NCBI GenBank assembly: GCA_963785725.1
Contig: CAWAWS010000006.1
Location: 256,001 to 320,000 of the forward strand
DNA length: 64,000 bases
Origin: an uncultured delta proteobacterium
Lineage (GTDB): Bacteria; Myxococcota_A; Polyangia; Palsa-1104
Reading direction: 5' to 3'
Under the pieces are notes generated by a model, which had not been told where the DNA came from, searched no databases, and saw only the letters and a program-made list of their open reading frames with translations. This document shows, in pieces, positions 20,320-31,630 of the stretch (its first letter is position 1; every line of letters starts with the position of its first letter). A program made the position numbers and the translations under genes.

Positions 20320-22403
20320 GCTCGACGCCGCCGTCGGCCGGATAGCGCGCCAACGGCGCATCGCCCGTCGCGAAGAGGTGGAAGCTGAGGCTCAGCCGCT
20401 CGCCGGCGACGACGCCGAGGCGCGCGAACGGTGCGGCCAACTCCAGCGTCTTGCCGCGCGCGGACGGGCCGCCGCGATCGCGCTCGGCGAAGACGCCGTT
20501 GGCCTCTTCGTCGATGCGCACCGACGGCATCGCCGTCGTCGAGGCGCAGGCGCAGGCGGCGCTGGCCGACGGCGATCTCGATCGCCAGGCGCGCCGTCGC
20601 CAGCTCCGGCGCGCGACCGTCGCTCGGCTCGAGGCGCACGAACAGCCGCTCGCGGTCGAAGCCGAACAAGATCGTCGCCACCAGCGGGGAATCGGCCATC
20701 GCGGCGCCGCGCGGCACGCGGTAACGGCCCGCGCCCTGCCAGTCGTAGAAGCCGTGACCGCCGATGCGCGGGTGAATGAAGGCGAACGGCGCGCTGATGA
20801 CGCTGTCGGGCGCCATCCCCAGCTGCGCGACCGGATCCTCGAGCTCGTGCGGCACGCGCAGGCCCATCGCTTGATAGGCGCCGGCCAAATGCGCGCGAAA
20901 CAGCTGATCGAAGAGCGCGTCTTCCATCGAGGTGAACGGCGCGCCGAACCACCAGAACCAGTCGCTGCCTTCGGCGGCGAGCAGGCGCTCGTGCGCGGCG
21001 GCGCGGGCCTCGCCGTCGAGCCCTTCGGCGACGGCGCGGCTAAAGCGGCTGCGCGCGCGGCCGAGCAACTCCCAGGCGCGATTCTTCACCGGGTCGGCGA
21101 TCCAGATGTGAAAGTCGGAGTCGATCCACGAGCCCGAGTGCAGCCGCGACAGGTTACGTCGCGTCGGCGCTTGGTGCAGATGCTGCTCGATGCTCGCCGA
21201 GGCCAGCTGGCCATCGTTCGACAGCGCGCCGAACAGCGTGCGCAAGAACGGCTCGCCGTAGCCGGCGTACGATTCCCACGGGTTTTCGCCGTCGAGGAAG
21301 ATGGGCACGAGCGCGGGCTCGTGCGCCGGCGCGTGCGACTGCTCGGCGGCGGCGCGCGAACGGCCCAAGAGGTCCTGCACTGCGGCCTCGGCGCTGCCGT
21401 GCATGTAGGCGAAGCCGATCTTGTCGCTCAGCTCGCGATCGCGGAAGAGGAGGTCGACGCCGTTGCAGCGCCACGGCTGATAGAGAGCGCCGCGGCCGAG
21501 GTCGTGGTCGACGGAGCGCCACAAGTTGCCTTCGTCGGTGGCGAGCCAGCCGATGCCGGCGTCGGCGTAGAGCGCGAGCGCCTCGGGCGAGACCGAGCCT
21601 TCGGGCGGCCACATGCCGCGCGGCTTGTGGCCGAACGCCGCTTCGTGCGCGACTCTGGCTTTGGCGATCTGCAGCGCGCCGTCGTCGGGATGGGCGAACT
21701 CGGGCGGCAGCGTCGCGTGCGGCATGGCCCGGCGCGCATGCTCGGTGTCGACGAGCAGCGGCACGATCGGATGGTAAAACGGCGACGACGAGATCTCGAT
21801 CTGCCCGCGCTCCTCCAATTTGCGATAGAGCGGCAGCACGCGGGCACAGGCCGCCCGCTGCTTTTCCACGACCGTCGCCAGATCTTGCCGTGAATAGCCG
21901 CGCTGCTTGTGCTCGAGCGCCGCGACTTCGGCGTCGTTCTCGCGCGCCGCGAAGCCGAGCCAGCCCAAGTTGAACAGCACCGTCAGATCGCGGACGTCAC
22001 CGTCGGAGAAGCGCGCCTTGCCTTCGCGCATCGAGAGCAGCTCGCCGTAACGCGGATGGCGGCGCACGTGGCGATCCCACGGCAGCGAGAAGAAGCGCTC
22101 GACGGCAAACGCGCGCTCGACGTCGTTCCACGACTCCAGCTCGGCGATGCGCAGCCACTCGTCTTCGTGACCGGGTTTGCCGGCGGCGACGTCTTGCAGC
22201 TGCTGCACCAGCGACGGCACGAAGTTCACCGTCAGCCGAATGCGCTCGTACTCGTCGAGCAGCCGCGCCACGTCGAGGTAGCCGCGCGCGCCGTGCAGCC
22301 GCACCCACGGCAACAGCGCCCGGCCGCTGCGCGGGTCGACATATTGCGGCTGGTGCATGTGGAGCAGGAAGACGACGTTCGCCGAACGACCGGCGGCGCT
22401 CAC
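20273..22403 (-). CDS. Glycoside hydrolase family 57 (amylopullulanase-like; apparent frameshift at ~20530)
   Basis: HMHQP, YHPIVP, GMWPPEG (nucleophile), LDGENPWE (acid/base), [12 protein letters not shown] overlaps the glgC stop. Confidence 0.88.
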
Positions 22404-23668
22404 TCGAACTTGTAGCCCTTGGGGACGACGACGATGCCGTCGGAGATCGTGAAGCGGCGCGCGTCGGCCTCGGCGTCGTAGCCGATCTCGGTGTGCGGCG
22501 GGACGTGCACGCCTTTGTCGATGATCGCCTTGCGAATGCGGCAGTAGCGGCCGATCTCGACGTTGTCGAGGATGAGCGACTCCTCGACGTACGCGAAGCT
22601 GTTGATGCGCACCTGCGGCGACAAGACCGTGCGATCGATGCGTCCGCCGGAGATGATGCAGCCTTCGGACACGAGCGAGTCGGTGGCGATGCCCATGCGC
22701 GAGTGGCCCGAGCCGTCGCCGGGATCGGCGAACACGAACTTGGCCGGCGGCAAGGGGCGCGTCCACGTGCGCAGCGGCCAGCGCGGGTTGTAGAGGTCGA
22801 AGTCGGGCACGACCTGCGTCAGATCCATGTTCGCCTGCCAGTAGGCGCCGATGGTCCCGACGTCGCGCCAGTAGCCGCGCTCGTTGGGGTGCGATCCCGG
22901 GATCTCGTTCTGCGAGAAGTCGTAGACGTAGACGTCACGGCCGCGCGCCACCATCTCCGGCAGGATGTTGCGGCCGAAGTCGTGCGCGCTGTTGCCGCTG
23001 GCGTCGCGCGCCAATTCCTCGACGAGCGCGCCGGTCTGGAACACGTAGTTACCCATCGACGCCAGCGCCCAGCCGGGACGACCGGGCATCTCGCGCGGAT
23101 GCGCCGGCTTCTCGTCGAAGGTGACGACCTTGCCGCGATCGTCGACCTCGATGACGCCGAACGCCGTCGCCTCGGCCACCGGCACGGGAATCGCCGCCAC
23201 CGTCGCATCGGCGCGCGACTCGAGGTGCGCGTCGACCATCTGGCGCACGTCCATCTTGTACATGTGGTCGCCGCCGAAGACCGCGACGTGATCGGGATTC
23301 TCGTCGGTGATGACGTTGAGCGACTGATGGATGGCGTCGGCCGAGCCCTTGAACCACGAGCCGCCGGTGCGCTGCTGCGCGGGCACGACCTCGACGTACA
23401 GATCGAGAAACGCCGGCAAACGCCAGCCGCGCGCGATATGCGTGTTCAGCGAGTCCGACTTGTACTGCGTCAGCACCTTGATCTGCAGCAGCCCCGAGTT
23501 GACGAAGTTCGACAACACGAAGTCGATGAGCCGATAACGCCCGGCCATCGGCACCGCCGGCTTGGCGCGATCGGCCGTCAGCGGCCAGAGGCGACGGCCT
23601 TCGCCGCCGGCGAGAACGATGGCGAGCACATGGGCTCGATGCGAGTGCGAGCTGAACGGAGTCGGCAT
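22400..23668 (-). CDS. glgC: Glucose-1-phosphate adenylyltransferase
   Basis: [58 protein letters not shown]. Confidence 0.96.
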   Translation of the reverse strand: MPTPFSSHSHRAHVLAIVLAGGEGRRLWPLTADRAKPAVPMAGRYRLIDFVLSNFVNSGLLQIKVLTQYKSDSLNTHIARGWRLPAFLDLYVEVVPAQQRTGGSWFKGSADAIHQSLNVITDENPDHVAVFGGDHMYKMDVRQMVDAHLESRADATVAAIPVPVAEATAFGVIEVDDRGKVVTFDEKPAHPREMPGRPGWALASMGNYVFQTGALVEELARDASGNSAHDFGRNILPEMVARGRDVYVYDFSQNEIPGSHPNERGYWRDVGTIGAYWQANMDLTQVVPDFDLYNPRWPLRTWTRPLPPAKFVFADPGDGSGHSRMGIATDSLVSEGCIISGGRIDRTVLSPQVRINSFAYVEESLILDNVEIGRYCRIRKAIIDKGVHVPPHTEIGYDAEADARRFTISDGIVVVPKGYKFE

Positions 23669-23682
23669 GTCGACCGCGTAGC

Positions 23683-25191
23683 TTAGTGTTTGAAGTAGTA
23701 AATCGCCATACCCGCCGATGCGAGCACCAGCATAAGCACGACGACCACGACCGCCACTTGGGTCGTCGCCGGCTTGCGCTTGGGCTTGGTCGACGCGGGC
23801 GCGTCCTGCACCATCGCCGACAGCCGGCCGCTCGTTTGCATCGAGGTCGGCTTCGGCTGCGTCACCGGCAGCGACGGTGGAGTCGGCGTCGGCGGGCGGC
23901 GGCGCTCTTGCGTCGGCTGCTCGCCGCCGCCGTCGCCTTCGAGCAGCTGCTCGAGACCGTGCGAGCCGGTGTCGTCCTTGTTCTCTTTGGCGAACGGATC
24001 TTTGCGTCGTTTGCCGTCGCCGGCGCCGTTACGGCCGGGGCTGGCCGCTTTGCGCTGCTCGGCCGGCGCGTCGTCGGCCCAGCCGCGCGTGTCGACGAAC
24101 AGACCCGGATCGAGCGGCGCGTCACCGACCGATCCCGGCGTCGGCGACTGCTGCTGCGAGCCCGGCTCGGGCTCGCCCAGCTCTTCGAGCGACGTGAACT
24201 TCAGGATCTCTTCGTTGATCAGCGTGTCGATCAGGTTACCGACGGGCTGCGCTTTGGGCTGCGTCCGCTGTTTCTCGCGCAGACACGACGCCACCAGCTG
24301 CTCGATGTCGCGCGACGTGACCTTGAGCCGCTGCGAAAAGAGGAACTGCGCCAGCGCATCCTGCAGATCGCCCGCGCTCTGGAAACGCTGGCTGACATCG
24401 CGCGCCAACGCCTTGCGCACGATCTGCTCGAGCTCGCCCGACACTTCGGGATTTTGCGGCGAAATCGGCGGCACTTTGGCCTGCCGCACCAACTCTACCG
24501 TCTGATAATCGGTCTCGCCGTAGAAGAGGCGCTTGCCCGTCAACAGCTCGTACAACAGGATGCCGACGGCGAAAATATCGGCGCGCCGATCGACCTCTTT
24601 GCCCGACGCCGCTTCCGGCGACAGGTACGAGAACTTGCCTTTGACGACGCCCGGATCGGTCGACTCGAGCTGCGACGTCGCCTTGGCGAGGCCGAAGTCC
24701 ACCAGCTTCACCTCGCCGCGCTTACTGACGAGGATGTTCGGCGGCGAGATATCGCGGTGGACGATGCCGAGCTCGCGGCCGTTCTCGGGATCGATGGCGT
24801 CGTGCGCGTACTGCAAGCCCTTGCACACTTCCATCATGATGTAGATGGTGTGCGCGACGGTCATGCGCGCCGACTGACGCCGCATCGACTCGATCAGCGT
24901 CTTCATGTTGGCGCCGTCGACGAACTCCATGACGATGAAATAGGCGGTGTCCGCCATTCCAATGTCGAAGACGCCGACGATGTTCGCGTGCTGCAGGTGC
25001 ATCGACACGCGCGCCTCGTCGAGGAACATCGAGACGAACTTTTTGTTCTTCGTGAGGTTGGGCAGAATGCGCTTGATCGCGACGGACTTCTTCAGTCCGC
25101 CGACGGCGCTTTCCGCCACGCCACGGTAGACCTCCGCCATGCCGCCGGCGTCGATCTTGTCCGTGATTCTGTATCGCTGGTTATCGGGCAT
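23683..25191 (-). CDS. Ser/Thr protein kinase with C-terminal TM anchor
   Basis: [38 protein letters not shown]. Confidence 0.92.
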   Translation of the reverse strand: MPDNQRYRITDKIDAGGMAEVYRGVAESAVGGLKKSVAIKRILPNLTKNKKFVSMFLDEARVSMHLQHANIVGVFDIGMADTAYFIVMEFVDGANMKTLIESMRRQSARMTVAHTIYIMMEVCKGLQYAHDAIDPENGRELGIVHRDISPPNILVSKRGEVKLVDFGLAKATSQLESTDPGVVKGKFSYLSPEAASGKEVDRRADIFAVGILLYELLTGKRLFYGETDYQTVELVRQAKVPPISPQNPEVSGELEQIVRKALARDVSQRFQSAGDLQDALAQFLFSQRLKVTSRDIEQLVASCLREKQRTQPKAQPVGNLIDTLINEEILKFTSLEELGEPEPGSQQQSPTPGSVGDAPLDPGLFVDTRGWADDAPAEQRKAASPGRNGAGDGKRRKDPFAKENKDDTGSHGLEQLLEGDGGGEQPTQERRRPPTPTPPSLPVTQPKPTSMQTSGRLSAMVQDAPASTKPKRKPATTQVAVVVVVLMLVLASAGMAIYYFKH

Positions 25192-25266
25192 CCGCGCGCT
25201 GCCGAGCGGATCGATCATAACATGGGAGGCGGGTGAAGCAAAAGGGCGCCGTCAGCTGCAATCGAT

Positions 25267-25314
25267 CTTCTGTGGGGGCTTCTGTGGTGGCTCCCGTGAC
25301 GGCTTCCGTGGCGG
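25267..25314. repeat. Four imperfect 12-bp tandem repeats
   Basis: cttctgtggggg / cttctgtggtgg / ctcccgtgacgg / cttccgtggcgg. Confidence 0.7.
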
Positions 25315-25333
25315 GGTGGGGCCGGGGCAACTT

Positions 25334-25777
25334 TTAATCCTCCGACCCTCCGCCGAGCTCTTCGCCCCCGCCGATCTCGTCGCGGGAGACGCTGCCCGAA
25401 CGGCCGGCCGCCTGAGCTTGCGTAGCCTCTTCCTTTTCGCGCTCTTCCTTGCAGTCGATGCACAGCGTCGTGACCGGTCGGGCCAATAGACGCTTGAAGC
25501 CGATGGTCTCGGCGCAGTCCTCGCACTCGTCGATGATGCCTTCGTCGAGCCGGCGGAGCGAGCCGTCGATCTTGCCGAGGAGGAACTTCTCGCGGTCGCG
25601 CAAGCGCAGCTCGGTCGAGAAGATCTCCTCTTCCATGGATTCGTCGATAGAGTCGCGGCCGATATTGCGTTCGCGATTCATACTGAATTGCAGTCCGTCC
25701 TTCGCGTTCTCGATCAAGCGGGCGCGTTCGGCCTCGAGCACCGTGCGCAATTGCGTTTTCTGGCTCTCGTTGAGCAT
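25334..25777 (-). CDS. TraR/DksA family C4 zinc-finger regulator
   Basis: Coiled coil with DSIDES tip; CEDC...RLLARP...CIDC zinc finger. Confidence 0.9.
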   Translation of the reverse strand: MLNESQKTQLRTVLEAERARLIENAKDGLQFSMNRERNIGRDSIDESMEEEIFSTELRLRDREKFLLGKIDGSLRRLDEGIIDECEDCAETIGFKRLLARPVTTLCIDCKEEREKEEATQAQAAGRSGSVSRDEIGGGEELGGGSED

Positions 25778-25784
25778 GACCCCC

Positions 25785-25814
25785 AGGATATAGAGCGCCG
25801 CCGAGCACAGTCAA
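25785..25814 (-). promoter_or_regulatory. Sigma-70-like leaderless promoter of the dksA-like gene (TTGACT-18-TATCCT, 7 nt to ATG)
   Basis: Read on the reverse strand. Confidence 0.6.
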
Positions 25815-25900
25815 CGACTCATACGTCTGGTTTTGCACACACATGGGATAAGCAAGCATGAACGTACACGCGGCCTTATGTTCGTCGGGCGTGTGCGGCG

Positions 25901-26350
25901 TTGAGTAAGGCGTTCACCAAAGAGGGCGACGGCGGCGGCGAAGAGACCGTGCTTCCCGTCGACGAATGGCCGGCGGGCGTGAAGAACTACGTGACGCCCG
26001 CGGGGATGGCCGCGCTGCGCGCCGCGATCGAGTCGACGAGCGACGCTCGGCGCAAAGCGGCGCTGGTGCAGCGGCTCGAAGCCGCCGAAGTCATAGACCC
26101 GTCTAGCTTTGTGGCGGACGGTGACGGGCGCGCGCGCTTCGGCGCGACCATCACGATCGAAGACGACGACGGCCACGCGCGCGACGTGCGGATCGTCGGT
26201 GTCGATGAAGCGGCGCCGGCGCGCGGCTGGGTCAGCTGGCGCTCGCCGATCGCGCGCGCTCTGCTTGGCCGCGCGGTCGGCGAGACGACGACGCTGCGCA
26301 CGCCCGCCGGCACGCAAGAGCTGACGCTGATCCAAATTCGCTACGAGTAG
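25901..26350 (+). CDS. GreA/GreB-family protein with shortened coiled coil
   Basis: [34 protein letters not shown]-terminal Gre domain; no GDxSEN tip. Confidence 0.8.
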   Translation: MSKAFTKEGDGGGEETVLPVDEWPAGVKNYVTPAGMAALRAAIESTSDARRKAALVQRLEAAEVIDPSSFVADGDGRARFGATITIEDDDGHARDVRIVGVDEAAPARGWVSWRSPIARALLGRAVGETTTLRTPAGTQELTLIQIRYE

Positions 26351-26437
26351 CGCGCGAAAAGAGAACCTTCGCCGCGACCGCGGTTGCGACCGGAGCGAAA
26401 GCGATTGCCGAGAATGAAGTGAGCGGTGAAGCGGGGA

Positions 26438-27656
<1,219 letters not shown>

Positions 27657-27743
27657 CACGAACCATTCTTCCACAGCAAGGTTGCCTGCGCCAGCGCAAC
27701 TTTCGGCACACAATGCGCGCCGTCAGCAGATATAATGCAGTGC

Positions 27744-28553
27744 GTGAAAGTGTTGCTGATCACGTTGACCCCCGAGCGCGCGGCTGCGGAGCCCGAATCG
27801 CCAGCGTCCGCGCTGCGCGATCTAGGCTGCGATGTTCGCTCATTCGGCTTTGATCTCGGCTTCGACGAAGACGACTTGAGCAAAGATCCACCGCAAGTGC
27901 TCGTCCTGGACGCGCGCGAACGGCTGGAGATGGCTTATGCCACGCTCAAAACGCTCCGCGAGCTCCCACCTTTGCAGTCGACGCCGGTGTTGGTGGCGGT
28001 GACGACGCAGCGTCTGTCGTCGCTCGATTTTCGCGCCGGCGACGACTTCATCCTGGTCCCGGTCGTACCGGCGGAGCTGTATGCCCGCCTACGACAGCTG
28101 GACTGGCGCTTCGCGGCGTTCAGCGCCGCCGATCGGGTCAAGGTCGGCGATCTGGAGATCGATGTGAGCGGCTACGAGGCCCATGTCCGCGATCGCAAGC
28201 TCGATCTGACGCACCAAGAGTTCGAGCTCTTGAAGTTCCTGGCGACCAATCGCGGCAAGGTCTGGACGCGCGAGCAGCTGCTCGCCAAAGTCTGGGGCTA
28301 CCGCTACTTCGGCGGCACGCGCACGGTCGACATTCACGTGCGTCGCCTGCGCGCCAAGCTCGGCTCGCCCGCCGATTCGATGATCGAGACCGTCCGCAAC
28401 GTCGGCTACAAGCTGGTCGATCCCGTCGTCGGCGCGCCCGAAGCCGGCGCTCGGCCGCGTGGTCGAGTAGTCACACACCCGCCGCGAACGCGACAAGCTG
28501 CGCATGGTTGGATGCGCGCCGGCGATGTCGCGCAAATCAGTCAGGAACGATGA
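27744..28553 (+). CDS. OmpR-family winged-helix regulator with atypical receiver domain (GlnR-like)
   Basis: LTHQEFELLKFL...WGYRYFGGTRTVDIHVRRLRAKLG; receiver has D-A-R and lacks the acidic pair and conserved Lys; TATAAT 7 nt before GTG 27744. Confidence 0.85.
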   Translation: MKVLLITLTPERAAAEPESPASALRDLGCDVRSFGFDLGFDEDDLSKDPPQVLVLDARERLEMAYATLKTLRELPPLQSTPVLVAVTTQRLSSLDFRAGDDFILVPVVPAELYARLRQLDWRFAAFSAADRVKVGDLEIDVSGYEAHVRDRKLDLTHQEFELLKFLATNRGKVWTREQLLAKVWGYRYFGGTRTVDIHVRRLRAKLGSPADSMIETVRNVGYKLVDPVVGAPEAGARPRGRVVTHPPRTRQAAHGWMRAGDVAQISQER

Positions 28554-29085
28554 AGTCGAGGGCGCGGCAGTGGGGCGCGTCGAAGGTGCCGTCGATGGTG
28601 ACGGCGTCGACGGCGAAGTGCAGGCTGCCGTCGACCATGCCGGCGCCGGCGATGACCGTGCCGCCGTCGAGGTCGTAGCCGCCGTATTGGTCGTCGTCGA
28701 CCGTGAGCGTGGCCGAGCCGCTGCCGCCGAGCGTGCCGTCGAGATCGGGGCCGCGCCGTGCGCTGACTTCGGTGCTCATCGCGCCGGTGCCGCGGTCGTG
28801 AAAGAGGAAGCTCAGCGTGTCCAGCCCGGCCGCCGGCTGCGCGCAGTCGAACGCCGGATCGACGGCCGTGACGACCAGATACGTGCCCGGCGGCCCGTCG
28901 TCATTGAGCGGCTGCACGTAGAAGCTGTACCAAGCGGCCATCGGACGAACCCGCCCAGCAACGGTGAGCGTGAGCGTGGCCCCGCTGATGTCGCTGACGG
29001 CACTCAGGTCTGCGGGTGTGACAGAGTCCGCGTGGCACCCAGAAAGACCGAGCGCGATCGCGCAGGCGACGCCGAATTCGCGCAC
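28537..29085 (-). CDS. Hypothetical lipoprotein
   Basis: Lipobox LSG-C; TATGGT 6 nt upstream of the GTG. Confidence 0.7.
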   Translation of the reverse strand: MREFGVACAIALGLSGCHADSVTPADLSAVSDISGATLTLTVAGRVRPMAAWYSFYVQPLNDDGPPGTYLVVTAVDPAFDCAQPAAGLDTLSFLFHDRGTGAMSTEVSARRGPDLDGTLGGSGSATLTVDDDQYGGYDLDGGTVIAGAGMVDGSLHFAVDAVTIDGTFDAPHCRALDFIVPD

Positions 29086-29122
29086 CGACGGACCATAGCA
29101 CGCCACTAGCATGGGAGATTTG

Positions 29123-30538
29123 ATGAAGCGCGCCGTCCTCGTTTTACTCTTCGGCTTCGGCTGCAGCGTCGGCGGCTGCTCCTCGCATGATGGCGGAACG
29201 CCGGTCGGCGGCGGCGGCGGCACGGCCGGCGGCGGCGGCAGCGGTGGCAGCGGCACCGGCGGCGGCGGCGCGGTCGACGGCGGCAGCGGCGACGGTGGCA
29301 CGGTCGGCGATCCGACGACGAATCCGCCGCCGGGCGGCGTCTACCCCATCGATCACATCATCATTCACGTCAAAGAGAACCATACGTTCGACAACTACTT
29401 CGGGACATTCCCGGGCGCCGAAGGCACGCAGATCGCGCAGACGTCGACGGGGCCGGTCGCCGTCGGACGGCCGCCGGTGCTGATGACGCGCGATCTCTGC
29501 CACACGCACGACTGCGCGCTCACCGATTGGGATCACGGCGCGCTCGATCATTGGGATCTCGGTGACAGCGAGAACACGGCGCACGATCAGCTCAACTTCG
29601 CGCAATATATCGAAGCGGACATCCCCAATTATTGGCAGTACGCGCGCAACTTCGGGCTCGCCGATCACTTCTTCGCCGGCATGCTCGGGCCCTCGTTTCC
29701 CGGCCATCTGTTCACGCTGTCGGCGCAGGCGGGCTGGGCGCTCGGCAACCCGGTGCCGCCGACGGGCTCGCTGGTGCCGCAGATCTTTTGGGGCTGCGAC
29801 GACGCCAGCGGCACGGCGCTGTCGACGCTCGATCACGGCACGTGCACGATCGCGACGAACTCGCCCTGCTTCGACTACCCGACCATCGTCGACAACTTGC
29901 CCAAAGGTCTGACGTGGAAGTTCTACGGCTCGTCGCTGCCGCCGGCGATCGGCGAGATCTGGTCGATGTTCGACGCCATCCAGCACATTCGCATGAGCGC
30001 CGAGTGGCAGGCCAACGTCGTCGACAACTCGGAGTTCGACAGCGACGCCGACGCGGGCACGCTGCCGAACATCGCCTTCCTCGTCGACCAGGATCTGGCC
30101 AGCGAGCATCCGCCGCTCAACATTTGCGACGGCGAGAACTGGACCGTCGCGCACATGAACCACGTCATGGCCAACAGCGACTTGTGGGCGCGCACGGCGA
30201 TCTTGATGACGTGGGACGACTTCGGCGGCTGGTACGACCACGTGCCGCCGCCGAAGCAGTACGGCTGCGACGAGGATCAGCCGTACGGTCTCGGCTTCCG
30301 CTTGCCGCTCATCGTCGTGTCGCCGTATGCGAAGCCGGGCGTGTACTCGCGGGTGTCGAGCCACGCGTCGATCCCGAAGTTCGTCGAGCGCGTGTTCGGG
30401 CTGCCGTCGCTGTCGTCGCAGGATCCGGCGGCGCAGGATGGTCCCGGCACCGACGACTTGACCGCCGCCTTCGACTGGACGCAGCCGCCGTTGCCGCCCT
30501 TGCCGCTGACGACGCGCAGCTGCACCGGCCAGCGCTAG
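29123..30538 (+). CDS. Phosphoesterase / phospholipase C (PlcN/AcpA family), exported
   Basis: KENHTFDNYFG, GPSFPGH, SEHPP, WDDFGGWYDHVPPP, GFRLPLIVVSPY. Confidence 0.88.
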   Translation: MKRAVLVLLFGFGCSVGGCSSHDGGTPVGGGGGTAGGGGSGGSGTGGGGAVDGGSGDGGTVGDPTTNPPPGGVYPIDHIIIHVKENHTFDNYFGTFPGAEGTQIAQTSTGPVAVGRPPVLMTRDLCHTHDCALTDWDHGALDHWDLGDSENTAHDQLNFAQYIEADIPNYWQYARNFGLADHFFAGMLGPSFPGHLFTLSAQAGWALGNPVPPTGSLVPQIFWGCDDASGTALSTLDHGTCTIATNSPCFDYPTIVDNLPKGLTWKFYGSSLPPAIGEIWSMFDAIQHIRMSAEWQANVVDNSEFDSDADAGTLPNIAFLVDQDLASEHPPLNICDGENWTVAHMNHVMANSDLWARTAILMTWDDFGGWYDHVPPPKQYGCDEDQPYGLGFRLPLIVVSPYAKPGVYSRVSSHASIPKFVERVFGLPSLSSQDPAAQDGPGTDDLTAAFDWTQPPLPPLPLTTRSCTGQR

Positions 30539-30566
30539 CCTCTACAGCCGCTACCGATTCCGCCGA

Positions 30567-31601
30567 TTACGGATGGGCCGCGCCGAGGTCGGGCGTCGGC
30601 TTGGCCGCGGCCGGCGTCTTCGTCGACCCGGCCGACGGCGGCGTCGTCGCGGGCGGCGTCGGCTCCTTCTTCGGCGGCGGCGCTGGCTCGCAGACCGGAC
30701 GCGCCAAGAGCAGCTTCAGCTTGGCGTCGACTTCGGCTTGCGCGGCGTCGATCTTGGCCAGATCGGCGTCGAGCTTGGCGTCGTGGGTCGAGCGCTCGCT
30801 GCGGTTGCGCGCGATCGTCTCGTCGAGCGCGTGCAGGCTGGCCGGCAGCATCTTGAGCGCCGTCAGATCGCTCGACAGCGACGACAACCCCTTTTGCACC
30901 AGCGCCGTCTGCTCTTGAATCTGCTTCGTCGTCTCGTCGCTGCGCAGAAGATAGCTGTTGACGATCTTGCCCTGTTTATCGAGCGCCGAGTTCATCGTCG
31001 TCATCATCTCGCGCGCCTTTTCCTGCTCTTCGGGCGGCAGCTTGTCGACGAGCGCGCGAATGTCGCCGGCGGTCGACTGAATCGACGCCAAGTTGCGCTT
31101 TTGCTCGGCGAGCACGCCCTGCTCTTCCGACGTCGCCAGCGCCAAGTGGCAGAACTGCAGCATCTGCAGCGCGCGCTCGGAGGCTCGCTTGTCGACGTCC
31201 AAGTAGATGTAGAGACCGCCGGCGGCCAGCAGCAAGAGGAGCGTGCCACCGACGATGGCGAAGAAGCGCAGCGGGCTTTGGCGCGTGCGCTCGAGGGCGG
31301 CGCGCAGCCGTTCGGCGAGCGGCTTCTCGTGATCCTGCTTGCGCGCGCGGACGAGGACGAGCGCTTTTTCGGCGTTGGACGCGGCGGCCAACAGCACGAC
31401 GACGATGGTGACGACGGCGAACCACGGCTGGCGCGACTGAATGCGCTGCGCGACCGTGGCTTGGCGCGCCTCGACCTCGCCCAACGTGACCGGCTGGCCG
31501 TCGATGAGGCAGCGATCGTTGTCGTACTGGATGTGGCCGGGTCCGCTGCAGCCGGCCAGGCCGACGACGAGGAGCGCGACGCTGAACGCGCGACGAATCA
31601 T
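30567..31601 (-). CDS. Hypothetical membrane lipoprotein with coiled coil
   Basis: Lipobox LAG-C, two TM helices, heptad-rich C-terminus; TATCAT 7 nt upstream. Confidence 0.7.
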   Translation of the reverse strand: MIRRAFSVALLVVGLAGCSGPGHIQYDNDRCLIDGQPVTLGEVEARQATVAQRIQSRQPWFAVVTIVVVLLAAASNAEKALVLVRARKQDHEKPLAERLRAALERTRQSPLRFFAIVGGTLLLLLAAGGLYIYLDVDKRASERALQMLQFCHLALATSEEQGVLAEQKRNLASIQSTAGDIRALVDKLPPEEQEKAREMMTTMNSALDKQGKIVNSYLLRSDETTKQIQEQTALVQKGLSSLSSDLTALKMLPASLHALDETIARNRSERSTHDAKLDADLAKIDAAQAEVDAKLKLLLARPVCEPAPPPKKEPTPPATTPPSAGSTKTPAAAKPTPDLGAAHP

Positions 31602-31630
31602 GGCGTGGATGATAGCAGCCCGATTCGAGG

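Noticed and set aside
27670..27720. Sigma54 promoter (TGGCGC/CGGCAC words) between clpX and the regulator
   Set aside because: The GG-to-GC spacing is not 10 nt on either strand.
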